Assembly (NCBI GenBank): GCA_963716725.1
Contig: CAVQUB010000012.1
Coordinates: 192,001 to 256,000, forward strand
Length of the DNA: 64,000 nucleotides
From: an uncultured delta proteobacterium
GTDB taxonomy: Bacteria; Myxococcota_A; Polyangia; Polyangiales; Polyangiaceae
Direction: 5' to 3'
Under the pieces are notes generated by a model. It was not told where the DNA came from. It did no database searches and was given only the letters and a program-made list of their open reading frames with translations. Shown here piece after piece: positions 1 through 10,018 of this stretch. Numbering within the stretch: the first letter of the stretch is position 1; every line of letters starts with the position of its first letter. The translations under genes were made by a program, and so were the position numbers.

Positions 1-25
1 GATCGTAGTAGACTGGACCCCGCTC

Positions 26-1102
26 ATGCCTTCGGTCTGGCCCAGCCTGCTCCTGGTCTCCCTCTCGCTCGCCGCGGCGGGCTGCGACCCGGAGCCAACC
101 CGCGAGCCGAGCACCGCTCCGAAGTCGCCGCCCACGCCGAGCGTGGCTGCGGCGAGGGATGACGCGTCATTCAGGTTTGCAGGCGCGGAGCGGGTGGTGG
201 CCATCGGCGATCTTCACGGCGATGTCGCGGCGACCCGGACGGCGTTTCGACTGGCCGGAGCCATCGACGACAAGGACGCCTGGGTCGGCGGAAAGCTGGT
301 GGTGGTCCAGACCGGGGACCAACTCGACCGCGGCGACGACGAGCCCGAAATCTTGGACTTCCTCGAGAAGCTGGCGGCGCGTGCCACGAGCGTGGGCGGA
401 GCAGTGCACGTGCTCAATGGCAACCACGAGGTCATGAACGTTGCCGGGGACTTCCGTTACGTGACGGGGGACGGCTTCCGCGACTACCAGAGCACGCCGC
501 TGGTGGGACAGCGTGGCAAGCAGGCTTCGCTGCTGCCGGCGGAGCACCATGGCCGAGCCGCTGCGTTCTTGCCCGGCGGCCCGGTTGCGCAGAAGCTCGC
601 GCCCCACCCGGTGGTGATCGTGGTGGGCGACACCGTGTTCGCGCACGGCGGAGTATTGCCCGGACACGTACGCTACGGCCTCGGCAAGCTCAACGACGAA
701 TCGCGGCGCTGGATGCTCGGCGAGAACCGTCGCATGCCCGACATCTTGAACGGTGAGACGGCGCCGATCTGGACCCGTGACTACTCGGACGGGGAGCCGA
801 CGGCCCGCGCGTGCGCAGCCCTCGACACGGTGCTCGGCGATCTGAAGGTGAAGCGCATGGTCGTGGGGCACACCGTGCAGAAATCCGGGATCACGAGCGC
901 CTGCGGCGACAAGATCTGGCGCATCGACGTCGGCATGGCGAAACACTACGGTGGGCGCCCCGCGGCGTTGGAGATCCGCGGCGCAGTCGTGCGGGCGCTG
1001 GCCGAAGGCGCCATCGAGGCCGGAGTCGCCGCGCCGGAGGCCTCGGCTCCCGGGGGCAAGCCGCGGCCGGTGGTGAAACTGCCAATGCAACCGCGCCCCT
1101 GA
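26..1102 (+). CDS. Calcineurin-like metallophosphoesterase, Shewanella-like phosphatase (SLP) type; predicted lipoprotein
   Basis: Motifs GDLHG, GDQLDRG, GNHE, HGG, GHT and RIDVG. The N-terminal hydrophobic stretch ends in a lipobox-like AAAGC followed by a Pro-rich linker. Confidence 0.9.
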   Translation: MPSVWPSLLLVSLSLAAAGCDPEPTREPSTAPKSPPTPSVAAARDDASFRFAGAERVVAIGDLHGDVAATRTAFRLAGAIDDKDAWVGGKLVVVQTGDQLDRGDDEPEILDFLEKLAARATSVGGAVHVLNGNHEVMNVAGDFRYVTGDGFRDYQSTPLVGQRGKQASLLPAEHHGRAAAFLPGGPVAQKLAPHPVVIVVGDTVFAHGGVLPGHVRYGLGKLNDESRRWMLGENRRMPDILNGETAPIWTRDYSDGEPTARACAALDTVLGDLKVKRMVVGHTVQKSGITSACGDKIWRIDVGMAKHYGGRPAALEIRGAVVRALAEGAIEAGVAAPEASAPGGKPRPVVKLPMQPRP

Positions 1103-1127
1103 GCGCGGGTGGCAAGATCACCTCGCG

Positions 1128-1958
1128 CTACCGCCCGAAGGGAACCAGCAGCGCTTCCTGGGTTCCCTCGGGCGCTTGCTCGCCTTCGTCGAGGGTTCGG
1201 AGCACGAGCTCGCGACCCTGACCCGACACGACGGCGACGCGCAGCGCGCGCATGGGTTCGAGCGTGCGCTGCGGGCTGCCGACCGTGGTCGGGGGACCGC
1301 TCTTCACCGACGGCGCGATCAGCTCTTCGACGCTCATGACCAAGGTGCGCTCGCCCACGTCACGACTCGACGACGAGCGCACGTTGGTCAGGGTGGCGTC
1401 GAGCCCATCCGACATCACGGTGGGAGGGCGAGGCCGATTCGGCGGCGCCTGCAGCGCCTCGGGGATGGGCAGATCGGTGATGGCCGCAGCGACGGCATGC
1501 TCCGCCGCGAGCTCCGGCTGGGACGCCTGACACGCTTCGAGCAGCGCGGCGTCGGGCGTGATGTGCGAGGTCAGCTCCTCGGGCATGACTCGATAGGGTG
1601 CGGTCTGGAGCAGGCTCTTGCTCGGTCGCGACACGCTGGGACTCATCGCGCTCGCGCCGCCGCCGAGCGGAGTGGTGACCGACTGCGGCGGCGGGGCGGC
1701 GGTGGGCGGTTTGGTGGTGCGCCGCGGGGGTAGCGGGCGATGTTCGAGCTCCGAGAGCACGCGCCCCAGCGAGTAGGCGCGGTCGGGGCGTCCTTCTTTG
1801 CTCGCCGCCTGCATCGCCGCAGTGAGCCACTTGAGGGTCTGCTCGCGACTGCCTCGCGTCCACATGGCCAGCGCTGTCTCGAGGGCCCAGCGCACATCCG
1901 CCGAGTCGTCCGGCTGCGGTTCGACCGCCGAATCGATGAACTCGCGCTCCCCGCTCAT
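1128..1958 (-). CDS. Hypothetical protein: helical N-terminus, Pro-rich middle, small C-terminal domain
   Basis: 276-aa ORF directly downstream of the thiolase on the same strand; normal protein composition; no recognised motif. Confidence 0.7.
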   Translation of the reverse strand: MSGEREFIDSAVEPQPDDSADVRWALETALAMWTRGSREQTLKWLTAAMQAASKEGRPDRAYSLGRVLSELEHRPLPPRRTTKPPTAAPPPQSVTTPLGGGASAMSPSVSRPSKSLLQTAPYRVMPEELTSHITPDAALLEACQASQPELAAEHAVAAAITDLPIPEALQAPPNRPRPPTVMSDGLDATLTNVRSSSSRDVGERTLVMSVEELIAPSVKSGPPTTVGSPQRTLEPMRALRVAVVSGQGRELVLRTLDEGEQAPEGTQEALLVPFGR

Positions 1959-1968
1959 CTCGGGAACC

Positions 1969-3177
1969 CTACACGCGTTCGAAGAGCGTGGCGATGCCTT
2001 GTCCCACTCCGATGCAGAGCGTCGCCAGGCCGACTCTGGCTTTCTGGTCGGTTTTCATGCAACCGAGCAGAGTGGCGACGATGCGCGCGCCGGAACAACC
2101 GATGGGGTGTCCAAGCGCAATGGACCCGCCGCGCAGGTTGACGCGCGCGGGATCGAGGTCGAGGCCGCGCATGCAAGCCAGGCTCTGAGCGGCGAAAGCC
2201 TCGTTGAGCTCCACCACGTCGACATTCGGGACCCGCAGCCCCGCCTTCGCTAGCAGCTTCTTGGTGGCGGGGATCGGGCCTTCGCCCATGTAACTCGGAT
2301 CCACGCCGGCGGTTGCCGAGCCTGCCCAGCGCGCGACGGGCGAGAGTCCCAGCTCCCTCACCGCGCTCTCGGAGGCCAGGAGCACGGCGGCGGATCCATC
2401 GTTCAGCGGCGACGAGTTGCCCGCGGTGACCGAGCCTCCCTCACGGAACGCCGCCTTGAGCTTGCCGAGCGCTGCCAGCGAGCTGTCGGGGCGCACACAC
2501 TCGTCGCGATCGACGACGATGGCAGGCCCCTTCTTCTGCGGGACCTCCACCGGCACGAGCTCATCGGCAAACACGCCCTTCTGCCAAGCCGCCGCTGCCT
2601 TCTGGTGAGACGCGAGCGCGAACTCGTCCTGCTCGTCGCGAGTGATGCCATACTTCTTCGCGACGTTTTCGGCCGTTTCGCCCATGCCCAGCAGCTCGAA
2701 ACGATCTTTCATGCGGGGGTTCGGGTAGCGCCAGCCCAGGCTCGTGTCGTAGATCGTCGGCGGTGTGCGGGGGAACGCCTCCTCGGGCTTGGGCATCGAG
2801 TATGGCGCACGAGTCATGCTCTCGACGCCGCCGCCGATGGCCACGTCGACTTCGCCGAGGGCGATCATGCGCGCCGCGTCGTTGACCGCCTCGAGCCCCG
2901 AGCCGCACAGGCGATTCACCGTGACTGCCGCGACCTCGTAGGGCAGGCCCGCGAGCAACACGGCCATCCGGGCCACGTTGCGATTGTCTTCCCCGGCCTG
3001 ATTGGTCGCGCCGAACACCACCTGATCCAGGCGCGCGCAGGCGGCCGGTTGACGCTTCATCAGCGCGGACACGACATGGGCGGCGAGATCGTCGGAGCGG
3101 ACGCGAGCGAGGGCGCCCTGGAATCGGCCGATGGGGGTGCGCACCGCATCGACCACGAACACGGTCTGCGAGGTCAT
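1969..3177 (-). CDS. Acetyl-CoA C-acyltransferase (thiolase, PcaF/PaaJ-like)
   Basis: Start MTSQTVFVVDAVRTPIG (ATG at 3177). Motifs NRLCGSG, GGVESM, TAGNSS, LNEAFA, GHPIGCSG and LCIGVGQG; NQAGEDNRNVAR is typical of the PcaF/PaaJ branch. Confidence 0.93.
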   Translation of the reverse strand: MTSQTVFVVDAVRTPIGRFQGALARVRSDDLAAHVVSALMKRQPAACARLDQVVFGATNQAGEDNRNVARMAVLLAGLPYEVAAVTVNRLCGSGLEAVNDAARMIALGEVDVAIGGGVESMTRAPYSMPKPEEAFPRTPPTIYDTSLGWRYPNPRMKDRFELLGMGETAENVAKKYGITRDEQDEFALASHQKAAAAWQKGVFADELVPVEVPQKKGPAIVVDRDECVRPDSSLAALGKLKAAFREGGSVTAGNSSPLNDGSAAVLLASESAVRELGLSPVARWAGSATAGVDPSYMGEGPIPATKKLLAKAGLRVPNVDVVELNEAFAAQSLACMRGLDLDPARVNLRGGSIALGHPIGCSGARIVATLLGCMKTDQKARVGLATLCIGVGQGIATLFERV

Positions 3178-3246
3178 GGGCCAGACTCTAAGGCAGCGCC
3201 GGATCCGCGGCGACAACTTCCGCGGATCTCGACTAGTATCGCCCGC

Positions 3247-4659
3247 ATGCCGAACCCGCCGCCCTGGGACGTGTGGCCGTATCATCGAGCGGGATCCGCC
3301 GTGACCTTTCCCCGCGACGAGGGCTGGCACCGGCTGCTGCCCGGGCGCATCGCCAACCCGTCGATGTCGGACATGGAGTGGGTGTACCTGAACGCCCACG
3401 TCCAAGAGCAGGGCGGCGCCGGTCGCCGCTTCAGCGTGTTCGCCGCGTACTTCACCCAGGGTCTGCGCTTCTTGGTCGTGCGCGCCTTCGATGCCAACGA
3501 CCGTTTCATCGCGGAGTGGACCGGGACCGCGTGGGGCCTCTTGCGCGCGTCCCCGGAGCACCTCGATCTATCCTTCAAGCACGGCGGCGGTACCGACACT
3601 TGGGCGAACCGCGAGAGCTCCGGGAGCCTCGTCCCCTTCGCCTCCGACCTCGACGCCACCGACGATGCCGGGCACTTCGCCGTGAAGCTGTCGATCGACA
3701 ACCGGAAGCGACCCTACGAGGCCGGCGGCAAGGGCTACCTGCCCTTCGGTCGGCGCGGCGCCTTCTACTACTATTCGCTGACCCGGCTCGACGTCCAAGG
3801 CAGCCTCGAGCTCGACAAGCCCGGCGGCGGCAAGGAGACGGTGAGCGTCAAGGGCATCGGCTGGTACGACCACCAGTGGGGGCCCTTCTACGTCACGCCG
3901 ATCCGCAATCGGAACCTGGAACAATACGAGTGGATGAGCATCCAGCTCGACTCGGGCGACGAGCTGCTCTTGACGACGGTGTGGGAGGCCAACGGCTCGA
4001 CCCCGAGCTTGCCCGCTTACGGCGGAGCGGGACTGATCCGCGCCGACGGCACCTTCGACAAAGTGGTCGGCGCGGAGCGCTGGAAGCGCACCAAGTTCTG
4101 GCGCTCGCCCCAGCAGCACGCCGTTTACTCGGCAGGCTGGACCTTCGACGCACCCGAGTGGGGTACCTCCCTCACCATCGCGCCGAGGTACCACGATCAG
4201 CTCACCCCGCTCGTGGACGCCCCGCCGCCGAATCTACTCGGCGCGATGAGCCGGCTCTTCGAGGGTTGGGCCAACTGGCTAGGGGAGTTTTGGGAAGGGA
4301 GCTGTCGCGTCACCGGAACTTTCGCCGGCCAACCTGCGTCGGGCTACGCGTTCGCAGAGCTGATCAAGCGCTACGACGATCCGGAGTTCGACATCCGAGT
4401 GCCGCGCAACGACCCCGATCTGACCGTGCTCGAGTGGCGTGTGCAGAATCCCGACGAGCAGGTGCCCCTGACCTTCCGCTTCTTCCTCGAACGCGAAGAT
4501 GGCACGCCGATCCTCGATCAAGACGGGCTCGACATCCCGGTGATGGTGCTCGACGACCCATCGCTGCCGAAGAACCAACCGCTGATCGCCCGCGTGGTGG
4601 CCAAGAGCGCCGACGGCGCGCTGTCAGGCATGGCCTCGGTGGCGGTTCAGCTCCGCTGA
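3247..4659 (+). CDS. AttH/CrtC-like (lipocalin-like, carotenoid-hydratase-related) protein with an extra C-terminal beta domain
   Basis: FPRDEGWH, MEWVYLN, YYYS, GWYDHQWG, EWMSIQLDSG and FWEGSC...GYAFAEL match the AttH-like family pattern. ATG at 3247. Confidence 0.75.
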   Translation: MPNPPPWDVWPYHRAGSAVTFPRDEGWHRLLPGRIANPSMSDMEWVYLNAHVQEQGGAGRRFSVFAAYFTQGLRFLVVRAFDANDRFIAEWTGTAWGLLRASPEHLDLSFKHGGGTDTWANRESSGSLVPFASDLDATDDAGHFAVKLSIDNRKRPYEAGGKGYLPFGRRGAFYYYSLTRLDVQGSLELDKPGGGKETVSVKGIGWYDHQWGPFYVTPIRNRNLEQYEWMSIQLDSGDELLLTTVWEANGSTPSLPAYGGAGLIRADGTFDKVVGAERWKRTKFWRSPQQHAVYSAGWTFDAPEWGTSLTIAPRYHDQLTPLVDAPPPNLLGAMSRLFEGWANWLGEFWEGSCRVTGTFAGQPASGYAFAELIKRYDDPEFDIRVPRNDPDLTVLEWRVQNPDEQVPLTFRFFLEREDGTPILDQDGLDIPVMVLDDPSLPKNQPLIARVVAKSADGALSGMASVAVQLR

Positions 4660-4728
4660 GCGTCAGGCTTTGGTCGAGCGTCCGTCGAGGCGTGCGCTCG
4701 TTTTGCGAGGCGGAAGCCCCCGCGCGGC

Positions 4729-6792
4729 TCAGGGGCAGGCGCCCTTCCAGTCGTCCTTGGGCGCGAACAGCGTGGCCGTGCCGGTCTTCAGGAACGACTC
4801 GGCGAAGCACGCATACTGAAACTTCACGTCGTCACGGTGTGAATAGACGGCGTGGCCGTCGGCCGCGGCCTCTCCGGGCAACGCCTTGGGCTCGTGCTGG
4901 ACCACCACGCCCGTGTAGGCGGCGCCGTCCGCGGACTTCAGGTTGTTCGCGACCGGATAGCCTGCGATGCCGCCGAGGCCGCCCGCGGTGAGCGCCTGCT
5001 GCATGCTGGGCCACAGCTCGCCGCCCGCCTGGGTGTGGCCATAAGCCAGCGCCATGGCGTCGTAGGTGGCTGTCGCAAAGTAACTATCGCTCGGCGCCAC
5101 GGGCTCATAGATGGGTCGCGCCGGATGGCCTGGCAGCGGCCGGCGCGCGACGCGCGTCGCGTACACGATGGGATCCCCCGCCTCGAGGGCGCCCGCGCCG
5201 AGCGCCAGGACCGGGTGCAGGTGCGTGAGCGGGACCTCGGTGTCGAGGATCAGGCCGAGCAGCGCGGGGATCTTGCCGCCCTTCAGCGGCGTGTGCACGA
5301 TGAAGTGAGGCCACATTCCCCCGGCTCCGGTGGGCACCGCGAGGCGCAGGAGCGGCTCGATGGAGGCGATCATGTTGGTGTACATGCCGCCCATGGACTG
5401 ACCGGTGACCATGGTGTTGGCGGCGTCGAAACGATAGTGCATTGCGCCTGCTGGCAGCGCCGGCCCCGCGCACGCGCCCAGCGCGGCCGGCTCGATCTTC
5501 AGCTTGTGGAGCGCTTCGATGAACAGGCGCAGCTCGAATTGCCCTTGGCGGAACGTGTCGCGCAGGGCCGCCAGGTTGTTCACGTTCAGGTACGCGGTTG
5601 GGGTCGCTCCCGGCAGCCGCTCGGGGTTGAGGGGCATGGCGCTGCCGGCCATCGCCATGCCGTGCGCCGCGTAGGGGAACGCAGGACCGATGGGCCCCCC
5701 GGGCTTGTCGTCGTCACCCACCGGGCGCAGGAGCGCGATGCTGTAGCCACCCGAGCCGTGAATGTTGATCATGAGCGGGTAGCCTTCGAGCGGCATCGCG
5801 GTCTTCGGCAGCACGATCTTGATCGGCGCAGTCTCCTTGCGTTGCTCCACCGGAAGGCCGTTCGCGCCGATGACGAAGAGCCCCTCGACGTCGTAAGGCG
5901 GCTTGCCCGGCTGAAACTGCGGGTACTCGATGCTGCCTTCGAGCACGCATACGTCGGAGATCTCGGGGTCGACGTGCTCCTTCAAGCCGGTGATCTCGAG
6001 GTCGTAGGCGTCGAGGACGGCCTGGCTCAGCGCCGCTTGGTCGGCGACGGCGTCCCCGGTGGTGAACACGGTGGCGGCGGCGACCGACGCGCGCTCCACC
6101 TTCAGCGCGTCCAGCGTTTCCCACAGCGGCGCGTACAGCTCATCCGCGCGCTTCTCGGCTGAGCCTGCTGGGGCGCGCTTGGCCAGCCGCGCGAGCAGAG
6201 GAGATTGGGTCAGTGGCTTGCCCCTCGCGTCGCCCAGGCCGCGGGTCACCACCACGGCGTAGCGCGTGCTCGGGCGCAGCATGAAACCCGGGCGAGCCGC
6301 GACGGAGATCACGTTCTCAGCGGTGTAGATGTCGGGCTCCAAGGTCTGCGCGATGGTCGGCACGAGCCCGCCGCGCTCCGGCGAGGCCGGATCGACGTCG
6401 ACGAGCAACACGGTCGCGCTCGCGTCAGCGGCGATCACGTCATCGACGCTCTGGGGCGCGAGCGCAGCCGTGAAGCGAAAGTGCGTCACTGGGATCACCG
6501 GAAACCCGACGGCGTCTTCGGCGTTGGCGACCAGACCGTGCAGAATGAACACGTCGTTCGGGTTGGCGAAGCCGTCGAGCATCGGGTGACCGTCGGCGTC
6601 CTTGCGAAGGTCGCTGGGGTAGGGGACGTCGAAGAAGCGTGCGGGGGCGGTGAGATCTGCGCCCAGGTCCATCACGAGCCGAGTGCCGGTGGGCGCCGGG
6701 GTCGAGTCGTCGCCCCCGCAGGCTGCGAGCAGCAGGGCAGCTGCGATCCCCAAGGCCTTCGGAAAACGGTGGATGACCATCGTCTGTTTCAT
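4729..6792 (-). CDS. Lipoprotein with an N-terminal beta-rich region and an alpha/beta-hydrolase-like domain
   Basis: Lipobox LLAAC; IHGSGG oxyanion-like motif; GQSMGG nucleophile elbow; late DGH His. Confidence 0.75.
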   Translation of the reverse strand: MKQTMVIHRFPKALGIAAALLLAACGGDDSTPAPTGTRLVMDLGADLTAPARFFDVPYPSDLRKDADGHPMLDGFANPNDVFILHGLVANAEDAVGFPVIPVTHFRFTAALAPQSVDDVIAADASATVLLVDVDPASPERGGLVPTIAQTLEPDIYTAENVISVAARPGFMLRPSTRYAVVVTRGLGDARGKPLTQSPLLARLAKRAPAGSAEKRADELYAPLWETLDALKVERASVAAATVFTTGDAVADQAALSQAVLDAYDLEITGLKEHVDPEISDVCVLEGSIEYPQFQPGKPPYDVEGLFVIGANGLPVEQRKETAPIKIVLPKTAMPLEGYPLMINIHGSGGYSIALLRPVGDDDKPGGPIGPAFPYAAHGMAMAGSAMPLNPERLPGATPTAYLNVNNLAALRDTFRQGQFELRLFIEALHKLKIEPAALGACAGPALPAGAMHYRFDAANTMVTGQSMGGMYTNMIASIEPLLRLAVPTGAGGMWPHFIVHTPLKGGKIPALLGLILDTEVPLTHLHPVLALGAGALEAGDPIVYATRVARRPLPGHPARPIYEPVAPSDSYFATATYDAMALAYGHTQAGGELWPSMQQALTAGGLGGIAGYPVANNLKSADGAAYTGVVVQHEPKALPGEAAADGHAVYSHRDDVKFQYACFAESFLKTGTATLFAPKDDWKGACP

Positions 6793-6946
6793 GCCACCTC
6801 TCGGCAGCAGAATCACGCAACTTTGCGTTCGAGGCCCTTGCTCGCAGCTTCCCGCGGACGCCCGGCGCTGCCCGCCGACCTCGCGTCCGTCCGTCGCGAA
6901 GTTCCCGATTGACCTTGGCGCTTCGCTCAACGGAAGATCCGACGCC

Positions 6947-8560
6947 GTGGCGCAACGCAAGGTCTTGATTCTGGGTGGCGGGCTCTCGGCGCTCTCTGCG
7001 GGCGTTCACCTGTTGCAGGAGGGCGGAGGCAGCTCCTTCGACGTGACCGTCTTGTGCATGGAGCACCGCCTCGGCGGCAAGGCAGCGAGCTGGCGCCTGC
7101 CCGACGGGCGCTACATGGAGATCGGATTCCACGGCGTGTTCGGCTACTACCGCGCGATCCAGACCTTGCTCGCCCGCGCGGGTCGTCCGGTGACCGATCC
7201 GCGCTGGTTCACGCCGAACGAAGGCGTGCACCTGATGTACGAACCCGGCGCCCGCGCGGTCAATCGGCTCGACATCCCGTCGGGTCCTCTCGACGTGGCC
7301 GCCCTCTTCGACAGCGGCTTCGTCGGCTATCAGGGCATGGGCTTCACCGAGAAGCTGGCCGCTGCGCGCTGGATGGCCAAGACCGGGGCGAAGCTCTTGC
7401 TGGGCGATGTGCCGCCGGCCATCGACGAGCACTCGTTCACCGCTTGGTGCGTGGACAGCGGTCTCGACATCGAGCTGACCAAGAAGAGCTGGTTCAAGTA
7501 CGTGCTCGATCTCGCCTTCAACTTTCCAGCGGAGGGATCGGCCTACGTCGGCATGTACGGCTTTCAGCGTTTGATGGGCACCGAGAGCTCCATCGTGCAC
7601 TATCTGAACGGCCCGCTCAGCGAGGTCATTGTCGCGCCCATCGCTCAGCTCTTCGTGTCCCTCGGCGGCAAGATCGAGTTCTGCACCAAGGCCACGCGCA
7701 TCGAACTCGATCCCGCTTCGCACCTCGTGACCGAGATCGGCACCCGGGCCATGGCCACGGCGCAGCCCATCGCCGGGGTCGTCGATCACGTGACGCCGGT
7801 GGCGGTCGGTGGCAGCTACTCCCTCGACGAAAACCCCTACCCAGTCGGGGATCCGGCGCCTGCCTCCGGGGTGAGCGAGCGCACCTGGCGACGTGGCACC
7901 GACTTCGACGAGGTCATCTCGACGCTGCCCGTCGACAGTCTGACCGCGCTCCTGCGCACCACGTCGCGCTTCGACGAGGCGGTGCTCGACGTGCCGCAGC
8001 TCCGGAGCATCTGGGCATTGCGCAGCGTCGCATCGATCTCGCTTCGGGTGTGGCTGCCACGAAAGGTGATGCCCAGCGACTTCACGACGGTCGTGATGGG
8101 CACGCCGCAACCCTGCGCGACGCTCATCGACTACACCAACCGCGTCACCGAGCTCACCAACAGCGCTTGGGGTTCGGTCGTCGAGTTCGAGGGGCAGGAA
8201 GGCCTGCACAGCGACCTCGCGGATGGCCGGATCGTGCGCGAGACCCTGGAGAGCTTCGTCGACCTGCCCTTCGTGGACAAGAGCAAGATCGACATCGATC
8301 AGGTGATGGCGCAGACCCACGGCAACCAGTGGCTGTTTCGCCGCAACACCGCCCAGCACCTGCGCTACCTGTTGATGCAGCCCGGGCACTGGAAGTTCCG
8401 GCCGCGCCAGGACGAGCGGCCCTACGCGAACCTCAGCCTCAGCGGCGACTGGATGGCTGGCACTCAGCCCACCGCCAGCATGGAGGCCGCGGTGCGGACG
8501 GGGCGGGTCGCGGCCACACTGCTGCGGGCCGATGCGGGGCTGCCTGCGCCGGTGGCTTGA
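6947..8560 (+). CDS. FAD-dependent oxidoreductase, amine oxidase / carotenoid desaturase-like superfamily
   Basis: GGGLSALSAG dinucleotide-binding motif, RLGGKAASW, EIGFHGVFGYY and C-terminal SGDW...SMEAAVRTG. Probable GTG start at 6947. Confidence 0.85.
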   Translation: MAQRKVLILGGGLSALSAGVHLLQEGGGSSFDVTVLCMEHRLGGKAASWRLPDGRYMEIGFHGVFGYYRAIQTLLARAGRPVTDPRWFTPNEGVHLMYEPGARAVNRLDIPSGPLDVAALFDSGFVGYQGMGFTEKLAAARWMAKTGAKLLLGDVPPAIDEHSFTAWCVDSGLDIELTKKSWFKYVLDLAFNFPAEGSAYVGMYGFQRLMGTESSIVHYLNGPLSEVIVAPIAQLFVSLGGKIEFCTKATRIELDPASHLVTEIGTRAMATAQPIAGVVDHVTPVAVGGSYSLDENPYPVGDPAPASGVSERTWRRGTDFDEVISTLPVDSLTALLRTTSRFDEAVLDVPQLRSIWALRSVASISLRVWLPRKVMPSDFTTVVMGTPQPCATLIDYTNRVTELTNSAWGSVVEFEGQEGLHSDLADGRIVRETLESFVDLPFVDKSKIDIDQVMAQTHGNQWLFRRNTAQHLRYLLMQPGHWKFRPRQDERPYANLSLSGDWMAGTQPTASMEAAVRTGRVAATLLRADAGLPAPVA

Positions 8561-8561
8561 G

Positions 8562-9125
8562 CTAGCGCTTCAGCCAACCCACTCTGAAGCGCCAGCGAGT
8601 GGGACTCACGCGTTCGGCGCTGGTGCGGTAGGGCGTGCGTCCGAGCATGGCGATGATGGTGTCGCTCCAGCCCGAGATGAGCGTGGGGACCCCGGTCGGC
8701 AGATCCGGATCTTCGAGCTCGCCGATCAGATGATCGTCGTGCTCCTCGACCACCGTGAAGCTGCCGACGGTGGTCTGTCGCGACCACACGCTGGCCGCTC
8801 GATTGAAGACCAGGGCGGGCGTCGCGAACTTGAGGAACACGCGGTAGATGACGTGGATTTGGTAGCGCGCGGCCATGCTGCCGAGCTCGCGCAGCTCGTC
8901 TTCGGAGCCATCTACGGCCGTGCAGAAAGCGCTCATCAACTGATGCAGGTGACGGCGCGGGTACCACGAGCTCGCGTAGACCTCGCTCCGGAAGAACGCC
9001 CGTGCGTCGTCGGGCATGGCCTCCTCGACCCGCCGCCAGAGCTCGCTCTTCTCGCGTTGCAGCGGGGCGACGTAGGACAAGAGCGCGTAGCCCTTGACCT
9101 CACCGGAGTGTGCGTCGGCGCCCAT
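8562..9125 (-). CDS. Conserved myxobacterial-type hypothetical protein (possibly V4R/HNOX-like fold)
   Basis: ATG lies 2 nt after the reconstructed stop of the upstream dehydrogenase. The pattern VKG...ASSWYP...IYRVFLKFATP resembles a family common in myxobacteria. Confidence 0.65.
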   Translation of the reverse strand: MGADAHSGEVKGYALLSYVAPLQREKSELWRRVEEAMPDDARAFFRSEVYASSWYPRRHLHQLMSAFCTAVDGSEDELRELGSMAARYQIHVIYRVFLKFATPALVFNRAASVWSRQTTVGSFTVVEEHDDHLIGELEDPDLPTGVPTLISGWSDTIIAMLGRTPYRTSAERVSPTRWRFRVGWLKR

Positions 9126-9127
9126 GG

Positions 9128-10011
9128 TCACCCGGTGGGCTGCGGGCCGTCGTCGGTCCAGCGGTAGAAACCCGAACCCCACCTTCTTGCCCGAGTCGCC
9201 CCGCGCGCACCATCTGGCGCAAGATGGTCGGCGGTCGGAACTGCTCACCGAGCTCGCGGTGCAGGTGCTCGAGGATCGCGAGTCGCACGTCGAGCCCGAC
9301 CAGATCGGTCAGCTTCAGCGGACCCATCGGGTGCCGGTAGCCGAGCTCCATCGCGCGGTCGATGTCCTGGGCGCTGGCCACCCCCGTCTCGAGCATGCGC
9401 ATGGCTTCGGCACCCAGGATGACCCCGAGCCGGCTCGAGGCGAAGCCGGGGAAGTCGCGCACGACGATCGGATCCTTGCCGAGCCGTACGGCGAGCTCGA
9501 GGGCGCGATCGATCCACGGCATCGCAGGTGCCGAGCCCGCGCACGATCTCGAGCAGCGGCATCACCGGCGGAGGGTTGAAGAAGTGCAGGCCGACGACGC
9601 GCTCCGGCGCTCCCGAGCGCTGACCGATCTCCGTGATGGACAAGCTCGATGTGTTCGAGCCCAGCAGCGCGTGCGCGGCGAAGCCTCGCGCGCTTCGCTG
9701 AACAGCTTCACCTTCAGGTCCATGAGCTCGGGCGCTGCCTCGATCACGACGTCGACGTCGGCGCAAGCCGCGCCGAGGTCGCTGGCGGGCCGGAGCCGTG
9801 CCAGCGCTCTGCTCTGCTCGGCTCCAGTGAGCTTGCCCTTCGACACCAAGCGCTCGAGCTGCTTCGTCACGTCGCTCACGGCGCGCTCGACCTGGGCCGG
9901 CGCCGCGTCGAACAGCCGCACCTCGATGCCGCGCTGCGCTGCGAGCTGCGCGATGCCGCGCCCCATGGTGCCGGCGCCGACGACAAGGGCGATGGAGATA
10001 GGCTCGGCCAT
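9128..10011 (-). CDS. 3-hydroxyacyl-CoA (3-hydroxybutyryl-CoA) dehydrogenase, frameshifted in this assembly
   Basis: GAGTMGRGIAQ and VIEAAPE (ORF 9562-10056), SNTSSLSI and GLHFFNP (ORF 9245-9766), PGF..SRL and HPMGPLKLTDLVGLDV (ORF 9100-9522). Ends GFYRWTDDGPQPTG-stop at 9128. Indels near 9680, 9520 and 9190. Confidence 0.9.
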
Positions 10012-10018
10012 GGCTCGG

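Noticed and set aside
3247..8560. Carotenoid or hopanoid biosynthetic cluster
   Set aside because: No crtB, crtE or hpnCD/shc is present in the window; the CrtC-like, desaturase-like and HpnA-like (33130) genes are not operonic.
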